A stretch of 64,000 bases of DNA from Candidatus Marinacidobacterales bacterium (GTDB lineage Bacteria > Acidobacteriota > Vicinamibacteria > Marinacidobacterales > SMYC01), in the NCBI GenBank assembly GCA_965237955.1, contig OZ250169.1, positions 7,520,001 through 7,584,000 on the forward strand, given 5' to 3'. The notes under the pieces were generated by a model that was not told the DNA's origin, did not search any database, and worked only from the letters and a program-made list of their open reading frames with translations. Shown here in pieces: positions 9,503 through 19,311 of this stretch (position 1 is the first letter of the stretch; each line of letters starts with the position of its first letter). The translations under genes and the position numbers were made by a program.

Positions 9503-12064
9503 CTAGCCAACCCGGAGTATCGAGAGCGGTTTGTGGCGCAAGACGTCGAGGGTGACGGCGACGCCGACGACGGTCACCGATACCGCCGTGAGCACGACGG
9601 CGGCCGCGTTCGTCGCGAGGGCCACGCGGAACGGAATCTCCAGGACCTGCCGGCTCAAGAGAAACGTCAACGCTTGCGCGCCGAGAGCGCCGATGAGCCC
9701 GGCGAGTGCACCGAGAGTTCCGTACTCGAACAGCATCATCGTCGCCACCCAGCGTCGGCTAGCGCCCAACGTGCGGAAGATCGCCGTCTCGTAGCGGCGT
9801 TGATACTTCGTCATCGCGACCGAGCCGAGAAGGATCAAACCACCGCTCAGAAGTGCCACGCTTCCCACGACGGTGATCGCAAGCGAGATCTTCTCGACCA
9901 CCTGTGCGAGCGCATCCAACACGTCGCGCAAATCGACGACGGAAATATTGTGAAATCCCGAGAGCACGTCTCGCTGGAAACCGGCACGTGCCATCGCGTC
10001 GTTCGGTCCTTTGATGAATCCCGCGTAGGTATTGGGGACGCCTTCGAGCCCGCCCGGACGGAACACGAACATGAAGCCGCCGTTGCGCGCATCGCTCCAC
10101 TCGACGTCGCGGATGCTCGAGATTCTCGCTTCGAGCTGGCGCCCCATGATGTCGAACGTCATGGTGTCGCCGACGCCCATGTCGTAGCGCTCGTTCAAAC
10201 TCGACTCGATCGAGACTTCGAGCTCGGGCGAATAGCTATCGTCCCAGAACTCTCCTGCGATCACGCGCTCGTTCTCGTCGATGTGGTTTCGGTACGTGAT
10301 CGTGTACTCGCGGCCCAGTCCCCCACGCTCGCGAACCTGCTGGTAGGAGTCGAGTTGCACGTTAGCGCCGTCGACTTTGACGACACGGGCCCGGAGCACG
10401 GGGACGAGATTGACATGGCTCGCCCCCGACGCCCACGCGCGTTGTTCGAGCGTTTCCATCTGGTCGGGCTGGATATCGATGAAGAACATATCGGGAGCGT
10501 CGTCCCGTAGCTCGAGCGCGAACTGCTCGAGAAGATTCGCCTGGATGCTCCGCACCGTAAGGACGAAACAACACCCGACACCCACCGCGAGAAGAATGAC
10601 GCGCGTTTGGTTGCCTGGGCGGCTCACGTTCAGGACCGCGTGGCGCAATGGAAAGTACGCTTTTGTTCCCAAAGGAGCGACCGCTTTGATGAGGCCGAGA
10701 CCCGCGAAGTGGAGCGTCAAGCTGACCCCGGCAAACGCGAGACAAACATAAAGGCCCACGAGGAGCGAGTCCGCCTGCCAGCCGGCGAGTCCGATGAGCG
10801 CCGCAAGAAGCACCGCACCAGCGCCGAGCTGAAGCCTGTCGACGCTCTTGATCCGATCGGAGAGCTTGCGGCGGGTACTGCTCGGATCGAGCTGACTTTC
10901 GGGACGAAGGAGCCATAGCGGTCGTACCAAACGCACATGCAGGAGTGGGATGAGCGAGAACAGAGTCGACACCAAAAGCCCGATGCCAACACCCTGCACG
11001 ATCGCGGAGGCACTGAGGCCGAACTCGACCCCCTGCAAATCCACGCCGAGCCCCGGTGGGATGAAGCGCACCGCCACGGCCGCGAGGCTCACTCCGAGGA
11101 CGCTTCCGACAATGCTCAACGCGATCACCTGAAAGAAATAGATCGCGAGCACCTGCCGGGTGCTCGCGCCGAGACACTTCAAAACCGCAATGCTCTTGAG
11201 CTTCTGGGCGATGAAGACGCGCACGACGCTCCAAACCCCGACGCCACCGAGAATCAAGATCACGAAGCCCGCGAGGCTCAGATAGCTCTCGCCGCGTTTG
11301 AGGCGGCGGGCGAGGCGGTCCCCCGCTTCCCGGTACGAGCGTACGCGAACGAACTCGTTCGCGAGAGCTCCCTCGAGATCCCACACGAGCTCCTGGATGC
11401 CTTCCTCCTCCATGCGCACCAGCACTTGGCGCCACACTCGGCCCCCGAGCTCCAAAACGCTCGTTCCCTGGACATCGGCGTAGTCGATGAACACGCGTGG
11501 CCCCAACGTGAACATCCGGAGGCTACGGCCCGCTTCGCGGATGACGATCCCGCGGATTTCGAAGCTCTTGTCTCCGATCAGGACACGATCCCCGACTTCG
11601 AGATCGAGCCTGGTGAGAAGCTCGGGGCGTACTAAGGCTCCACCGTCTTTCAGGAGATCGTGATCATAGGTCGCCCCGACGAGCTCGATGGTGCCATAAT
11701 ACGGAAAGCCTTCCTTGATGGCTCTGAGCTCGACCATCGTCGCGATTTCGCTAAGCTTCTCGTTGTCCCGCCGCGCCATCGTGGTGGACTCGATCGAGCG
11801 GGTCGTCTCGAGCACACCGTGGCTTTCGAGCTTCTCGTCGATGATGTAGCGCGCGTTGTCGGTATAGGGACGGTTGCTGTAAATAAGGACGTCGGCCGCC
11901 GTCAGCGTCTTCGACTCTTTCACGAGCGCGGCCCGGACGCTTTGGATCACCGAGCGAAGAGCGACCATCGAGGCAACGCCGACGGCGATACACAAAAAGA
12001 AGAACAGGAGTCTCGAGCACGAGGCGCGCATTTCGCGCCCCGCCATCTTCAACACGAACTTCAT
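9503..12064 (-). CDS. ABC transporter permease, YbbP/FtsX-like
   Basis: Duplicated FtsX architecture; 'FPYYG', 'APDMFFIDIQPDQ', 'REYTITY'; operon with ATPase and arylesterase. Confidence 0.9.
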   Translation of the reverse strand: MKFVLKMAGREMRASCSRLLFFFLCIAVGVASMVALRSVIQSVRAALVKESKTLTAADVLIYSNRPYTDNARYIIDEKLESHGVLETTRSIESTTMARRDNEKLSEIATMVELRAIKEGFPYYGTIELVGATYDHDLLKDGGALVRPELLTRLDLEVGDRVLIGDKSFEIRGIVIREAGRSLRMFTLGPRVFIDYADVQGTSVLELGGRVWRQVLVRMEEEGIQELVWDLEGALANEFVRVRSYREAGDRLARRLKRGESYLSLAGFVILILGGVGVWSVVRVFIAQKLKSIAVLKCLGASTRQVLAIYFFQVIALSIVGSVLGVSLAAVAVRFIPPGLGVDLQGVEFGLSASAIVQGVGIGLLVSTLFSLIPLLHVRLVRPLWLLRPESQLDPSSTRRKLSDRIKSVDRLQLGAGAVLLAALIGLAGWQADSLLVGLYVCLAFAGVSLTLHFAGLGLIKAVAPLGTKAYFPLRHAVLNVSRPGNQTRVILLAVGVGCCFVLTVRSIQANLLEQFALELRDDAPDMFFIDIQPDQMETLEQRAWASGASHVNLVPVLRARVVKVDGANVQLDSYQQVRERGGLGREYTITYRNHIDENERVIAGEFWDDSYSPELEVSIESSLNERYDMGVGDTMTFDIMGRQLEARISSIRDVEWSDARNGGFMFVFRPGGLEGVPNTYAGFIKGPNDAMARAGFQRDVLSGFHNISVVDLRDVLDALAQVVEKISLAITVVGSVALLSGGLILLGSVAMTKYQRRYETAIFRTLGASRRWVATMMLFEYGTLGALAGLIGALGAQALTFLLSRQVLEIPFRVALATNAAAVVLTAVSVTVVGVAVTLDVLRHKPLSILRVG

Positions 12065-12068
12065 GACA

Positions 12069-12782
12069 CTAGCTCGACGCCGCGCTGCGGATGTCTTTCA
12101 TGTCAGGCACGCTGCGCTCGTCGATACGATCGATGCGCCCGCCCTTGAGGAAGAGGATGCGGTCGGCCTGGTTGGCAAGCTCGACGTCGTGCGTCGCGAG
12201 CACGATCGTGGTGCCGCGCCGCTCGTGGATGTCCAGGATCAACTCGACGATGTGTTGTCCGTTGCCCGCATCGAGGTTTCCCGTAGGCTCGTCGGCGAGG
12301 AGAATCGGCGGGTCGTTCGCCAAGGCGCGCGCGATCGCGACCCGTTGTTGCTCACCGCCCGAAAGTTGCGACGGGTAGTGGTGCGTTCTTTCCGCAAGGC
12401 CGACTTCGACGAGGAGATCACGCGATTTCTTCCGAGCGTTGTCGACGCTGAAGATCTCCATGGGGACGAGCACGTTCTCGAACGCGGTAAGCGATGGGAG
12501 CAGGTGGAAAAACTGAAAGACGAAACCGATACGCTCGCCTCTCAGGCGTGCGAGCTCATCTTCTCCGAGGGACGTCAAGTCAGCGCCGTCGATGAGGATG
12601 CGGCCTTCGGTGGGGGCGTCGAGTCCGGCGATGAGACCCAAGAGCGTGGACTTGCCGCTACCTGAAGGTCCGACGATCGACACGAACTGCCCGCCAGGCA
12701 CTTCGAGATCCAAGGGATGGACGATGGTGAGATCCTCGGAGCCGCTTCGGACGACTTTGCTGACGTTTTCGAGACGGATCAT
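12069..12782 (-). CDS. ABC transporter ATP-binding protein (YbbA/LolD-like)
   Basis: GPSGSGKS, LSGGEQQRVAIARA, ADEPTGNLD. Confidence 0.95.
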   Translation of the reverse strand: MIRLENVSKVVRSGSEDLTIVHPLDLEVPGGQFVSIVGPSGSGKSTLLGLIAGLDAPTEGRILIDGADLTSLGEDELARLRGERIGFVFQFFHLLPSLTAFENVLVPMEIFSVDNARKKSRDLLVEVGLAERTHHYPSQLSGGEQQRVAIARALANDPPILLADEPTGNLDAGNGQHIVELILDIHERRGTTIVLATHDVELANQADRILFLKGGRIDRIDERSVPDMKDIRSAASS

Positions 12783-13513
12783 GAACTAGCACTAGCGGGC
12801 GTCAACATGGACTTCAGGTACTCCCAGACGTTTTCGGCAACGATGCGCGCCCCGGCGACGTTCGGGTGTTTACCATCCGCCTGGTTGAGCTCGGCAACGC
12901 CAGCCACGTTGTCGAGAAAATGCGGCATGAATGTGACGTCGCGCTCCGCCGCAACGTCTTCGAAGGCCTCGACGAAGTCACGCACATACCGGTTGGCGTG
13001 CTCGTCTCCCAGGCCGAGCCCGGCGAGGAGCACCGGAATCCTCCGGGATTCGGCGGCATCAATGATGGTGTTCAAATTTTTTTTCATCTCGCTCGGCCGG
13101 AGCCCGCGGAGCCCGTCGTTCGCCCCCAGTTCGAGAATGAACACGGCGACGTCACGCTCTTCCAAGACCCAATCGAGCCTTCGAACGCCCCCCGCGGACG
13201 TTTCTCCCGAAACGCCGGCGTTGATCACCTCGTACGGATAGCCTTCCGCGTCGAGGATCGCTTGGAGCGCCGCCGGGTAGGCCTCGTCCTGAGGGATACC
13301 GAATCCGGCGGTAAGGCTATCGCCGAAAGCGATGATTTTTTGCTGAGCACTCCTGTCAGGCCTGTCAGGCCGGTCGGGGGCCTCTCGGCTCGTAGCTTGC
13401 GGCCCCCCGTCCCGCAAGTCGTCGCGGACGTCGGGGACGGGCTCGTTCCCGCATGCCGTGAGCATCATCGCCATCATCGCCACAAAGGCCACGATGACGG
13501 CCGACCATCTCAT
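12779..13513 (-). CDS. tesA: Arylesterase / GDSL lipoprotein (TesA-like)
   Basis: GDSL, NAGVSGETS, LGANDG, DGKHPN; lipobox LTAC. Confidence 0.85.
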   Translation of the reverse strand: MRWSAVIVAFVAMMAMMLTACGNEPVPDVRDDLRDGGPQATSREAPDRPDRPDRSAQQKIIAFGDSLTAGFGIPQDEAYPAALQAILDAEGYPYEVINAGVSGETSAGGVRRLDWVLEERDVAVFILELGANDGLRGLRPSEMKKNLNTIIDAAESRRIPVLLAGLGLGDEHANRYVRDFVEAFEDVAAERDVTFMPHFLDNVAGVAELNQADGKHPNVAGARIVAENVWEYLKSMLTPASASS

Positions 13514-13636
13514 GTTAACTAGACTAACCGTCCACTCGGCCCGGCGCCAGCGGAATTGTCAGGGCGTCGCCGTCATTTGATAAGCCGTCTCGTTATGGCT
13601 AGAATCCGCGTCGCCCGCTCAGAAAAGGGCACAACC

Positions 13637-14071
13637 ATGGCAGAACTCCAAAATTCCGAATCCCGAGCTCAGGACGTACAGCGCGCGGTCGACGAAATCC
13701 GCTCCGCGCACCAGCTCAGGCCGCTCACCGAAGCCGAGAGTGGCGACGGCGTCGACAATCTCCCCAAAGGAGTCTACGGCTTCACGTACTCACCGGCGCT
13801 CGACAACTTCCCGCTGTTCAAAGCTCGCGATCTGCGCTGCTATGAAGGCCACAAGCTCACCGACGGAAGCGTGGTGCTGCTCGGTTTTCTCACCGCGGAG
13901 GAAAAGCAGAAACTCGAAAACACCGCCGAGAAAGCTACGATCCACCTGTTCGCCGAGGCGAGCGGCGACGCGGACGAGCTGGTGAGCGTGCCGATGAGCC
14001 GCGTGCTCGGCCACGTCGAGTATTCGCAACGTGGTGGTAAGGGGTTGGAACTCTCGGTCGGATCTAGCTGA
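13637..14071 (+). CDS. Hypothetical protein
   Basis: Typical codon usage; AAGGG SD before ATG 13637; TAGAAT upstream. Confidence 0.65.
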   Translation: MAELQNSESRAQDVQRAVDEIRSAHQLRPLTEAESGDGVDNLPKGVYGFTYSPALDNFPLFKARDLRCYEGHKLTDGSVVLLGFLTAEEKQKLENTAEKATIHLFAEASGDADELVSVPMSRVLGHVEYSQRGGKGLELSVGSS

Positions 14072-14252
14072 GGCTCCACGGCAGCGGCGCGTTACGCCAT
14101 CGGCCATCAGCCCACGACGACGAATCTCCGAGAGGAGATCAACAAGTTCGTTGTGCGCATGAAGCTCGGTTACGATTGCGCCAACTCGTGATCGCCGTCG
14201 TCAAAGCCCTCGCGAATTAGCGCCCTAGTGCTGGCCGCGGGTGGCCGCTGGC

Positions 14253-14261
14253 TGGTATACT
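14253..14261 (+). promoter_or_regulatory. Extended -10 promoter for the MreB-like gene
   Basis: TGgTATACT about 55 nt upstream of ATG 14318. Confidence 0.45.
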
Positions 14262-14317
14262 ACCGCGTTCTCTAAACCAACAACCTATCCATCTCCGCGC
14301 GCCCAGGACGATTGTTC

Positions 14318-15487
14318 ATGTTCCGTCTGAAGGAAGTCGGTCTCGCTCTCGACTCCAGAGAGTGCGTGATTCTAACCAAACGCCGCCGCGGCGAGCTCGA
14401 AGAGCTTCGCTACCCGGCTCTCGCCCAGGTTCGAGGCGCGGAGATCCGCGCCATCGGGCAACGGGCACACCGTCTCGTGGGAAAGTCCCGGGACGTCATC
14501 ACCGTGTTCCCCGGCCGGGTCGAAGACCCGATGATCCTCGGCGACTATCTGCCACGGGTATTCCCTCGCCGCTCGAAGCTCGAGCGGAGGAGATTGTGGG
14601 CGAGCGTTCCTACTGGCACGGGCTTCCAATCGCTCTACGACTTGCGGCATTGCTTCGAAGGAAGCCTGGGACCGAAAGAAACCGTGCTCGTGCCCGAGCT
14701 CCTGGCCGCAGCGGTCGGGTGTGGCTTTTCCGTTCTACGCTCGGAAGACGATTCGCACAAAGCGAAGATGGTGGTCCATCTCGGCGCGAGCCGCATGTCG
14801 GCTGGTGTCTTCGTCGACGGCGGTCTCACCGGTCTCGTCGTCAAAGAGGGAAGCTGGGATCTTCTCGCTCGCGAAGTGCAGGAAACGCTTCAGTTCCGCT
14901 TGGGCACCACGCTGGGCTACAACACGTTCTTCAAAGTCGTCCGGTGTCTCTCGCGCAGTTTCTTCGAGCGCAAAGCGTCGCAAGCCAGCACCGTCCATGG
15001 TGCGAATGACACGCCTGCCGTCACCGGCCCGCCTTCGCAGCTCGCCGAGCTCGATCCGAACGCACCCGGAGAGATCGCCCCGCCGGCGAATCTCAGAAGC
15101 TTCAGCGAACGAGGGCTCATCGAGTACGTCGTCGAAGACGAGACCGTAAGCCGCGCGATCGATCTGCAGCTCAAAACACTATTGTTCAATCTCGAAAAAG
15201 TCGTCTTTGGAAGTTTCGCCAAGCTCAAAAGCGAAGGGCGCGGCGAGATCGCGAGCGATCTCTTTGCGGACAGCGTGATGCTTTGCGGCGACGTCTTCTT
15301 CGATCCCGCCGCGTTGACGCAATACTTCACCCGGCTGTCGCGGTTTCGCTTCGAGTCGACGAACGGCCATACCGTCGCGAGAGGCTTGCGCAAGATCATG
15401 ACGTCCGAACGCGCTCACAAGCACGCCTACCGCGATCTCGCCAAGACGATCCACGACGAGAGCCTGTTTTTGACGAGTACGATCTGA
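14318..15487 (+). CDS. Highly divergent MreB/actin-fold protein with degenerate nucleotide-binding motifs
   Basis: Colinear MreB-like blocks: 'RAIGQRAHRLVGK', 'LWASVPTG', 'VLVPELLAAAVGCG', 'MVVHLGAS', 'EIASDLFADSVMLCG', 'TVARGLRK'. Confidence 0.75.
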   Translation: MFRLKEVGLALDSRECVILTKRRRGELEELRYPALAQVRGAEIRAIGQRAHRLVGKSRDVITVFPGRVEDPMILGDYLPRVFPRRSKLERRRLWASVPTGTGFQSLYDLRHCFEGSLGPKETVLVPELLAAAVGCGFSVLRSEDDSHKAKMVVHLGASRMSAGVFVDGGLTGLVVKEGSWDLLAREVQETLQFRLGTTLGYNTFFKVVRCLSRSFFERKASQASTVHGANDTPAVTGPPSQLAELDPNAPGEIAPPANLRSFSERGLIEYVVEDETVSRAIDLQLKTLLFNLEKVVFGSFAKLKSEGRGEIASDLFADSVMLCGDVFFDPAALTQYFTRLSRFRFESTNGHTVARGLRKIMTSERAHKHAYRDLAKTIHDESLFLTSTI

Positions 15488-15494
15488 AGGCTCC

Positions 15495-15650
15495 TCACTC
15501 AGAGAGGGGTGTGCGTGGTGGGGAGATCGCCTTCTTCGGCTTCAGAGTCAGAACTTGGCTTCGAGCGGCGCCGGCCTGGTCGGCACCGTCTAATTTGTAC
15601 GTACGCCCGAAAGGATCAGTTCTCGTTCGCAGGAAGTCGCGTCGATCCAT
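15495..15650 (-). pseudogene. Stub of a Tat-exported protein
   Basis: Starts 5 nt after the DinB-like stop with 'MDRRDFLRT' but has no hydrophobic h-region; unrelated sequence follows. Confidence 0.4.
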
Positions 15651-15654
15651 ATCG

Positions 15655-16158
15655 CTATTCCGGCGGTACGCCGGCGAAGACGTTCGCCGGCGGCGTGGGA
15701 TTGCCGTTCAAACGCCGCCACGCGTTGATTTGCCCGACGTGGGTGAGCGCGTCGGCCAATGGGCCGTTCATGATGTTCCATACGGGAAAGTGCGACCGGT
15801 CGCGCTTGAGCACCTGGTGGCCGGCAATCGTTTCGTCCGTGAGACCTTCGAGATGCTCGCGCACGATACGGAGGTTCTCGAGAGCCTGCTCCCTCAACGC
15901 CGCGGGATCGTCGCTTCCGAACTGCTCCCGCTCGTCCGCGTTGAACACCGTCTGCTTGATCATGAACACGAGGTGGAGGATGTGCTTTTGCAGCTCGAGC
16001 GTGCTCATGCTGTCGGGCCCCGGTCGAAACTCGAAATCCTCGGGCCTGAGCCCATCCGTAGCCCAATAGTATCGAAACGCCAACCCATCCACGATGCGCG
16101 CGAGAACGCCGGTGCCATCGAGCTTCTCCGGAGGAGCCCCGATTTCATAGCCGAACAT
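15655..16158 (-). CDS. DinB-like protein
   Basis: 'GLAFRYYWATDGL', 'ELQKHI', 'NGPLADALTHVGQINAWRR'. Confidence 0.7.
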   Translation of the reverse strand: MFGYEIGAPPEKLDGTGVLARIVDGLAFRYYWATDGLRPEDFEFRPGPDSMSTLELQKHILHLVFMIKQTVFNADEREQFGSDDPAALREQALENLRIVREHLEGLTDETIAGHQVLKRDRSHFPVWNIMNGPLADALTHVGQINAWRRLNGNPTPPANVFAGVPPE

Positions 16159-16389
16159 GACGTGAGCTTATCATCCGCGCTCTTGGGGCGGATGGCCGGT
16201 GGCCTATTCACTTCCCCCTCACTTGGGAGGGGCATTTGTGCCCTTAACAGCATGTTAGAGCGCTTTATCTGCTCTTGAGAGCATCTTTCACTTGAGATCT
16301 GCGAGACTTCCTATCCGGGATTCCGATTCGCGATCCAGAATGATAGCGGATAGCGACCGCAACAAAATTTTCCGTGCTAACCTGCAGGC

Positions 16390-16818
16390 ATGAGACGTGG
16401 CACCGCCTGGATATTCCTCATCGCCTTCGTGGGCTGCGGAGACAGTGGCCTCACGACCAACTCGACTCCACCGCCGCCGCCGCCCGGGGCCGGGGACACG
16501 TTCGCGGTCTTCATGGACCCCAATAGCGATTTTCAAACGACGGATGTGCGTGACGCCGACAACGAGGTCGTACGCTTCGACACCACGGAGAACGCGCTCG
16601 TGTGGACGGCGACCGACTTGCTGTTCGACAGCTGGGTCGTGGACGGAAACTTTCTCGGAGCTGGACGGCCCTACCAGGTCCGCTTCGGCGCGGTTTCCGG
16701 TGAACGGCGCGCCTATTTTACGGAAACGGTCCGCGGCACGATCTGCGAGTTGTCCGTGGTGAACAACGAGCTCTTCATCGCCCCGACCGATTTGCTTCCG
16801 CCGCAGCAAACGCGGTAG
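16390..16818 (+). CDS. Hypothetical lipoprotein
   Basis: Lipobox FVGC, Pro-rich linker, small beta domain. Confidence 0.7.
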   Translation: MRRGTAWIFLIAFVGCGDSGLTTNSTPPPPPPGAGDTFAVFMDPNSDFQTTDVRDADNEVVRFDTTENALVWTATDLLFDSWVVDGNFLGAGRPYQVRFGAVSGERRAYFTETVRGTICELSVVNNELFIAPTDLLPPQQTR

Positions 16819-16851
16819 TATAAGGTTATCCTTGCCGCCACGAGGAGAGAT

Positions 16852-17577
16852 ATGGGACGTCTCAAAAACACGAACGCTATACCGTTCGGCGTAGCACTCC
16901 AAGCTTTGGCCCTATTCGTGGCCGCGTTTTTCATGGGGCCGGGATCCGCGACTTCCCCAGAGGCAACCGGCGCCGGGGGTAACGCAGCTAACATTCCCGG
17001 GGCGTTGACGTCACTGACGGAGCTTCCCAGAGATTTGAAGCGCGAGATGCTTCCCGTTCCTCGCGTTCCCGAGCGCGAAAACCGCAACGATCCTCCGCAG
17101 CCGACACCCACTGCCGAGGGGATCGATTCTCTGATGTCCGAAGGGGCCAAGCTCGCGAGCCTGCGAACGAACAGCGTTTCGCTGAGCGGGCTCGTCGCAA
17201 TTCCCATCTCGGCTCCGATGCTGGGCGTCCCCGATAGTCTCAACGGGTTGTCGCTCGCGGGCGGCGCGTGGCTCGGTGGCGGAAGCAATTCGGCACGTCG
17301 ACGTGGCTCGCGTCGCGGTGGCGGACCGTCCGACATGGGCGGCGGCGGCCACGGGATGGGTGGCGGCAGTGGCGGTGGTGGATATTGCCCGACACCGGGC
17401 CGGGTCGGCGGTGGTCGTAGCCGTGGCGGCGGTGGTGGCGGTGTCAGCGCCGGCACAGGACGCCCCCGTGGTGGCGGCGGCAGTGGCGCTACCGGGACAT
17501 CCAGCGGCGGCTCGCGTGGCCGGCCGGCAGGTCCCAAGAGCGGCGGCGCCGCTCGCGGCAAGGGCGGAAAATCATAG
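16852..17577 (+). CDS. Exported or membrane-anchored Gly/Arg-rich low-complexity protein
   Basis: GAGGAG SD; N-terminal hydrophobic segment; C-terminal ~100 aa rich in G/R/S. Confidence 0.6.
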   Translation: MGRLKNTNAIPFGVALQALALFVAAFFMGPGSATSPEATGAGGNAANIPGALTSLTELPRDLKREMLPVPRVPERENRNDPPQPTPTAEGIDSLMSEGAKLASLRTNSVSLSGLVAIPISAPMLGVPDSLNGLSLAGGAWLGGGSNSARRRGSRRGGGPSDMGGGGHGMGGGSGGGGYCPTPGRVGGGRSRGGGGGGVSAGTGRPRGGGGSGATGTSSGGSRGRPAGPKSGGAARGKGGKS

Positions 17578-17621
17578 TCTGAGCTTGCCTACACTTCGGG
17601 GAAGCGATACGCTCGCCTCCC

Positions 17622-17975
17622 TTGAGCTCCTCGAATCCAACCCTCGATCGCCGTAGTTTTCTCGCTGCCGGTGCATTTTCGCTCGGCTCGCTCGCCTCAC
17701 TCGGCACGCTCGGAGCTTGTTTCTCCACTCGGTCGACCGTCGACGGACTCACCGTCCTCGACATGCAGCTCGGATGGCTCGCCGGGGGTAACCAGCTCGG
17801 TGAAGTCGTCGCCAAGCGTCTCGGATACCTCGAAGAGGAAGGTCTCCACCTCGAGATCCATCCAGGAGGGCCTCACATCGACGGCGTCGGCATCGTCGCC
17901 TCGGGGCGCTATCAGCTCGGGCAGGTCTCGTCGAGCCCATCGCTCATGTTGGCGGTGGGTCAAGGGATTCCGCCG
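17622..17975 (+). pseudogene. Truncated NMT1/THI5-type ABC substrate-binding protein with Tat signal
   Basis: 'DRRSFLAAG', 'MQLGWL', 'GYLEEEGL..EIHPGGP'. Similarity stops after 'GQGIP'. Confidence 0.7.
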
Positions 17976-18033
17976 TGCCCGGTAATCAAAGCGGTTTGCG
18001 GAACCCGCTCGAGCTGCATAGGATAAGAGCAGC

Positions 18034-19014
18034 GTGGGAAACAGAAGTAACAGGGGAAGTATCTCGGGATTGGCGTCGTCCAAGCGCTCGTTCGTCTCTC
18101 GTCAACCGCCGCACGTGTCGTTCGAGTTCTTCCCTCCGAAAACGCCCAACGGCTGGGACAAGCTTAAAGAGACGGCCGCGCATCTCGCCGAGTTCGAGCC
18201 CGATTTCACGTCGGTGACGTTCGGGGCGGGTGGAAGCGGAAACGTGCGCACTTTGGAAGCGTGTCTCGCGGTTCGGAGCGTCATGGACGCGGACGTCGTT
18301 CCCCATCTTTCATGTATCGGCCAGACTCGAGACATGATCGAAGCGCACCTCGAGGAGTACAAAAACGCCGGCCTTACTCGGATTCTGGCGCTCAGGGGCG
18401 ACGTCCCCATCGACGCTCCGAGCACGGAGCCCGCGTTTCCCCCAGACGGCTTCCGCTACGCGAGCGAGTTGGTAGAGTTCATCAAGAGACGCGGACACTT
18501 CCACATCCTGGTTGGTTGTTACCCGGAAGGCCATCCCGAAGCAACCAGCCTGCAAACGGACATCGACAACTTCATCCGCAAAATCGAAGCCGGCGCCGAC
18601 GCCGCGGTGACGCAATACTTCTTCAACAACGCCGGCTACTTTCACTTCGTCAACGAGGTGCGTCGCCGCGGGCTCGACACCCCCATCGTCGTCGGGCTGA
18701 TGCCGGTGTGGCCGTACCAGCAGGTCGCTCGCTTCTCGGAAAAGTGTGGCGCCGACGTGCCGCTATGGATTCGCAAGCGAATGGAAGGCTACCAAGACGA
18801 CCCCAAATCGCAGTTCGAGTTCGCCGTGGAAGTCGCGGTCACCCAGTCGGAAGAGCTTCTCAGAAACGGCGCGCCCGGCATCCACTTCTACACGCTGAAC
18901 CGACCCGAGGCCATTGTTCGCATTTGCGAACACTTGCGAGGCCAGCAAGTCGAAAGCGGGCCGTCGGACGCTATCGGTTTTGGGGACGTGGAGATTCCCG
19001 CCAGTCTTACGTAG
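18034..19014 (+). CDS. metF: Methylenetetrahydrofolate reductase
   Basis: 'SFEFFPPKT', 'SVTFGAGG', 'LALRGD', 'YPEGH', 'TQYFF', 'GIHFYTLN'. True start may be TTG 18070. Confidence 0.93.
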   Translation: MGNRSNRGSISGLASSKRSFVSRQPPHVSFEFFPPKTPNGWDKLKETAAHLAEFEPDFTSVTFGAGGSGNVRTLEACLAVRSVMDADVVPHLSCIGQTRDMIEAHLEEYKNAGLTRILALRGDVPIDAPSTEPAFPPDGFRYASELVEFIKRRGHFHILVGCYPEGHPEATSLQTDIDNFIRKIEAGADAAVTQYFFNNAGYFHFVNEVRRRGLDTPIVVGLMPVWPYQQVARFSEKCGADVPLWIRKRMEGYQDDPKSQFEFAVEVAVTQSEELLRNGAPGIHFYTLNRPEAIVRICEHLRGQQVESGPSDAIGFGDVEIPASLT

Positions 19015-19016
19015 CG

Positions 19017-19050
19017 GCGCCATCGGCCATCGGCCGTCAGCCATCGGCTA
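19017..19050. repeat. Heptamer GCCATC[AG] tandem repeat
   Basis: gccatcg-gccatcg-gccgtca-gccatcg; same family at 14096 and 32083. Confidence 0.6.
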
Positions 19051-19311
19051 GGGCGGGGCGGTTGTCTCGACAACCACCAGGTAGTGATCGGCGGCGACGT
19101 CTGTTAGTGTCGTTTCGTTGCCACTTGGCCAGCGGATTCGTACCTCGTCGACAGTGCTTGCGGTTCCCAGGCCGAAGTGGACTCGCGGATCGCTGGACGA
19201 AAAAATGCTTCCGGACGCGTGGACTTCCTTCCTTCACCTGGGTGCGCCCTCCGCTGCTGAGCCGCACGCGGGCACCGGCGGCGTCTCGGTTGCTCGCTCG
19301 TCCCACCGACA
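19048..19311 (-). pseudogene. ASPIC/UnbV (CRTAC1-family) C-terminal domain relic
   Basis: 'VGRASNRDAAGARVRLSSGGRTQVKE', then a 4-nt GGAA duplication, then 'VHASGSIFSSSDPRVHFGLG..VRIRWPSG...ADHYLVVVE'. Confidence 0.8.

Noticed and set aside
9149-10510. Long antisense or shadow ORFs (also 19625-20920, 21488-22777, 29346-30527, 36947-38338, 62787-63782)
   Set aside because: They overlap well-supported genes, have Arg-rich non-protein-like composition, and are expected in high-GC DNA.
13352-13378. 9-bp tandem repeat in the tesA-like gene
   Set aside because: In-frame PDR x3 in a lipoprotein linker; ordinary linker expansion.
16255-16295. Possible IS-end remnants (TAGAGCGCTTT, GAGAGCATCTTT)
   Set aside because: No partner inverted repeat, TSD or transposase fragment.
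17976-18070. SAM/SAH riboswitch upstream of metF
   Set aside because: No recognisable SAM-I, SAM-II or SAH consensus; the region follows a deletion junction.
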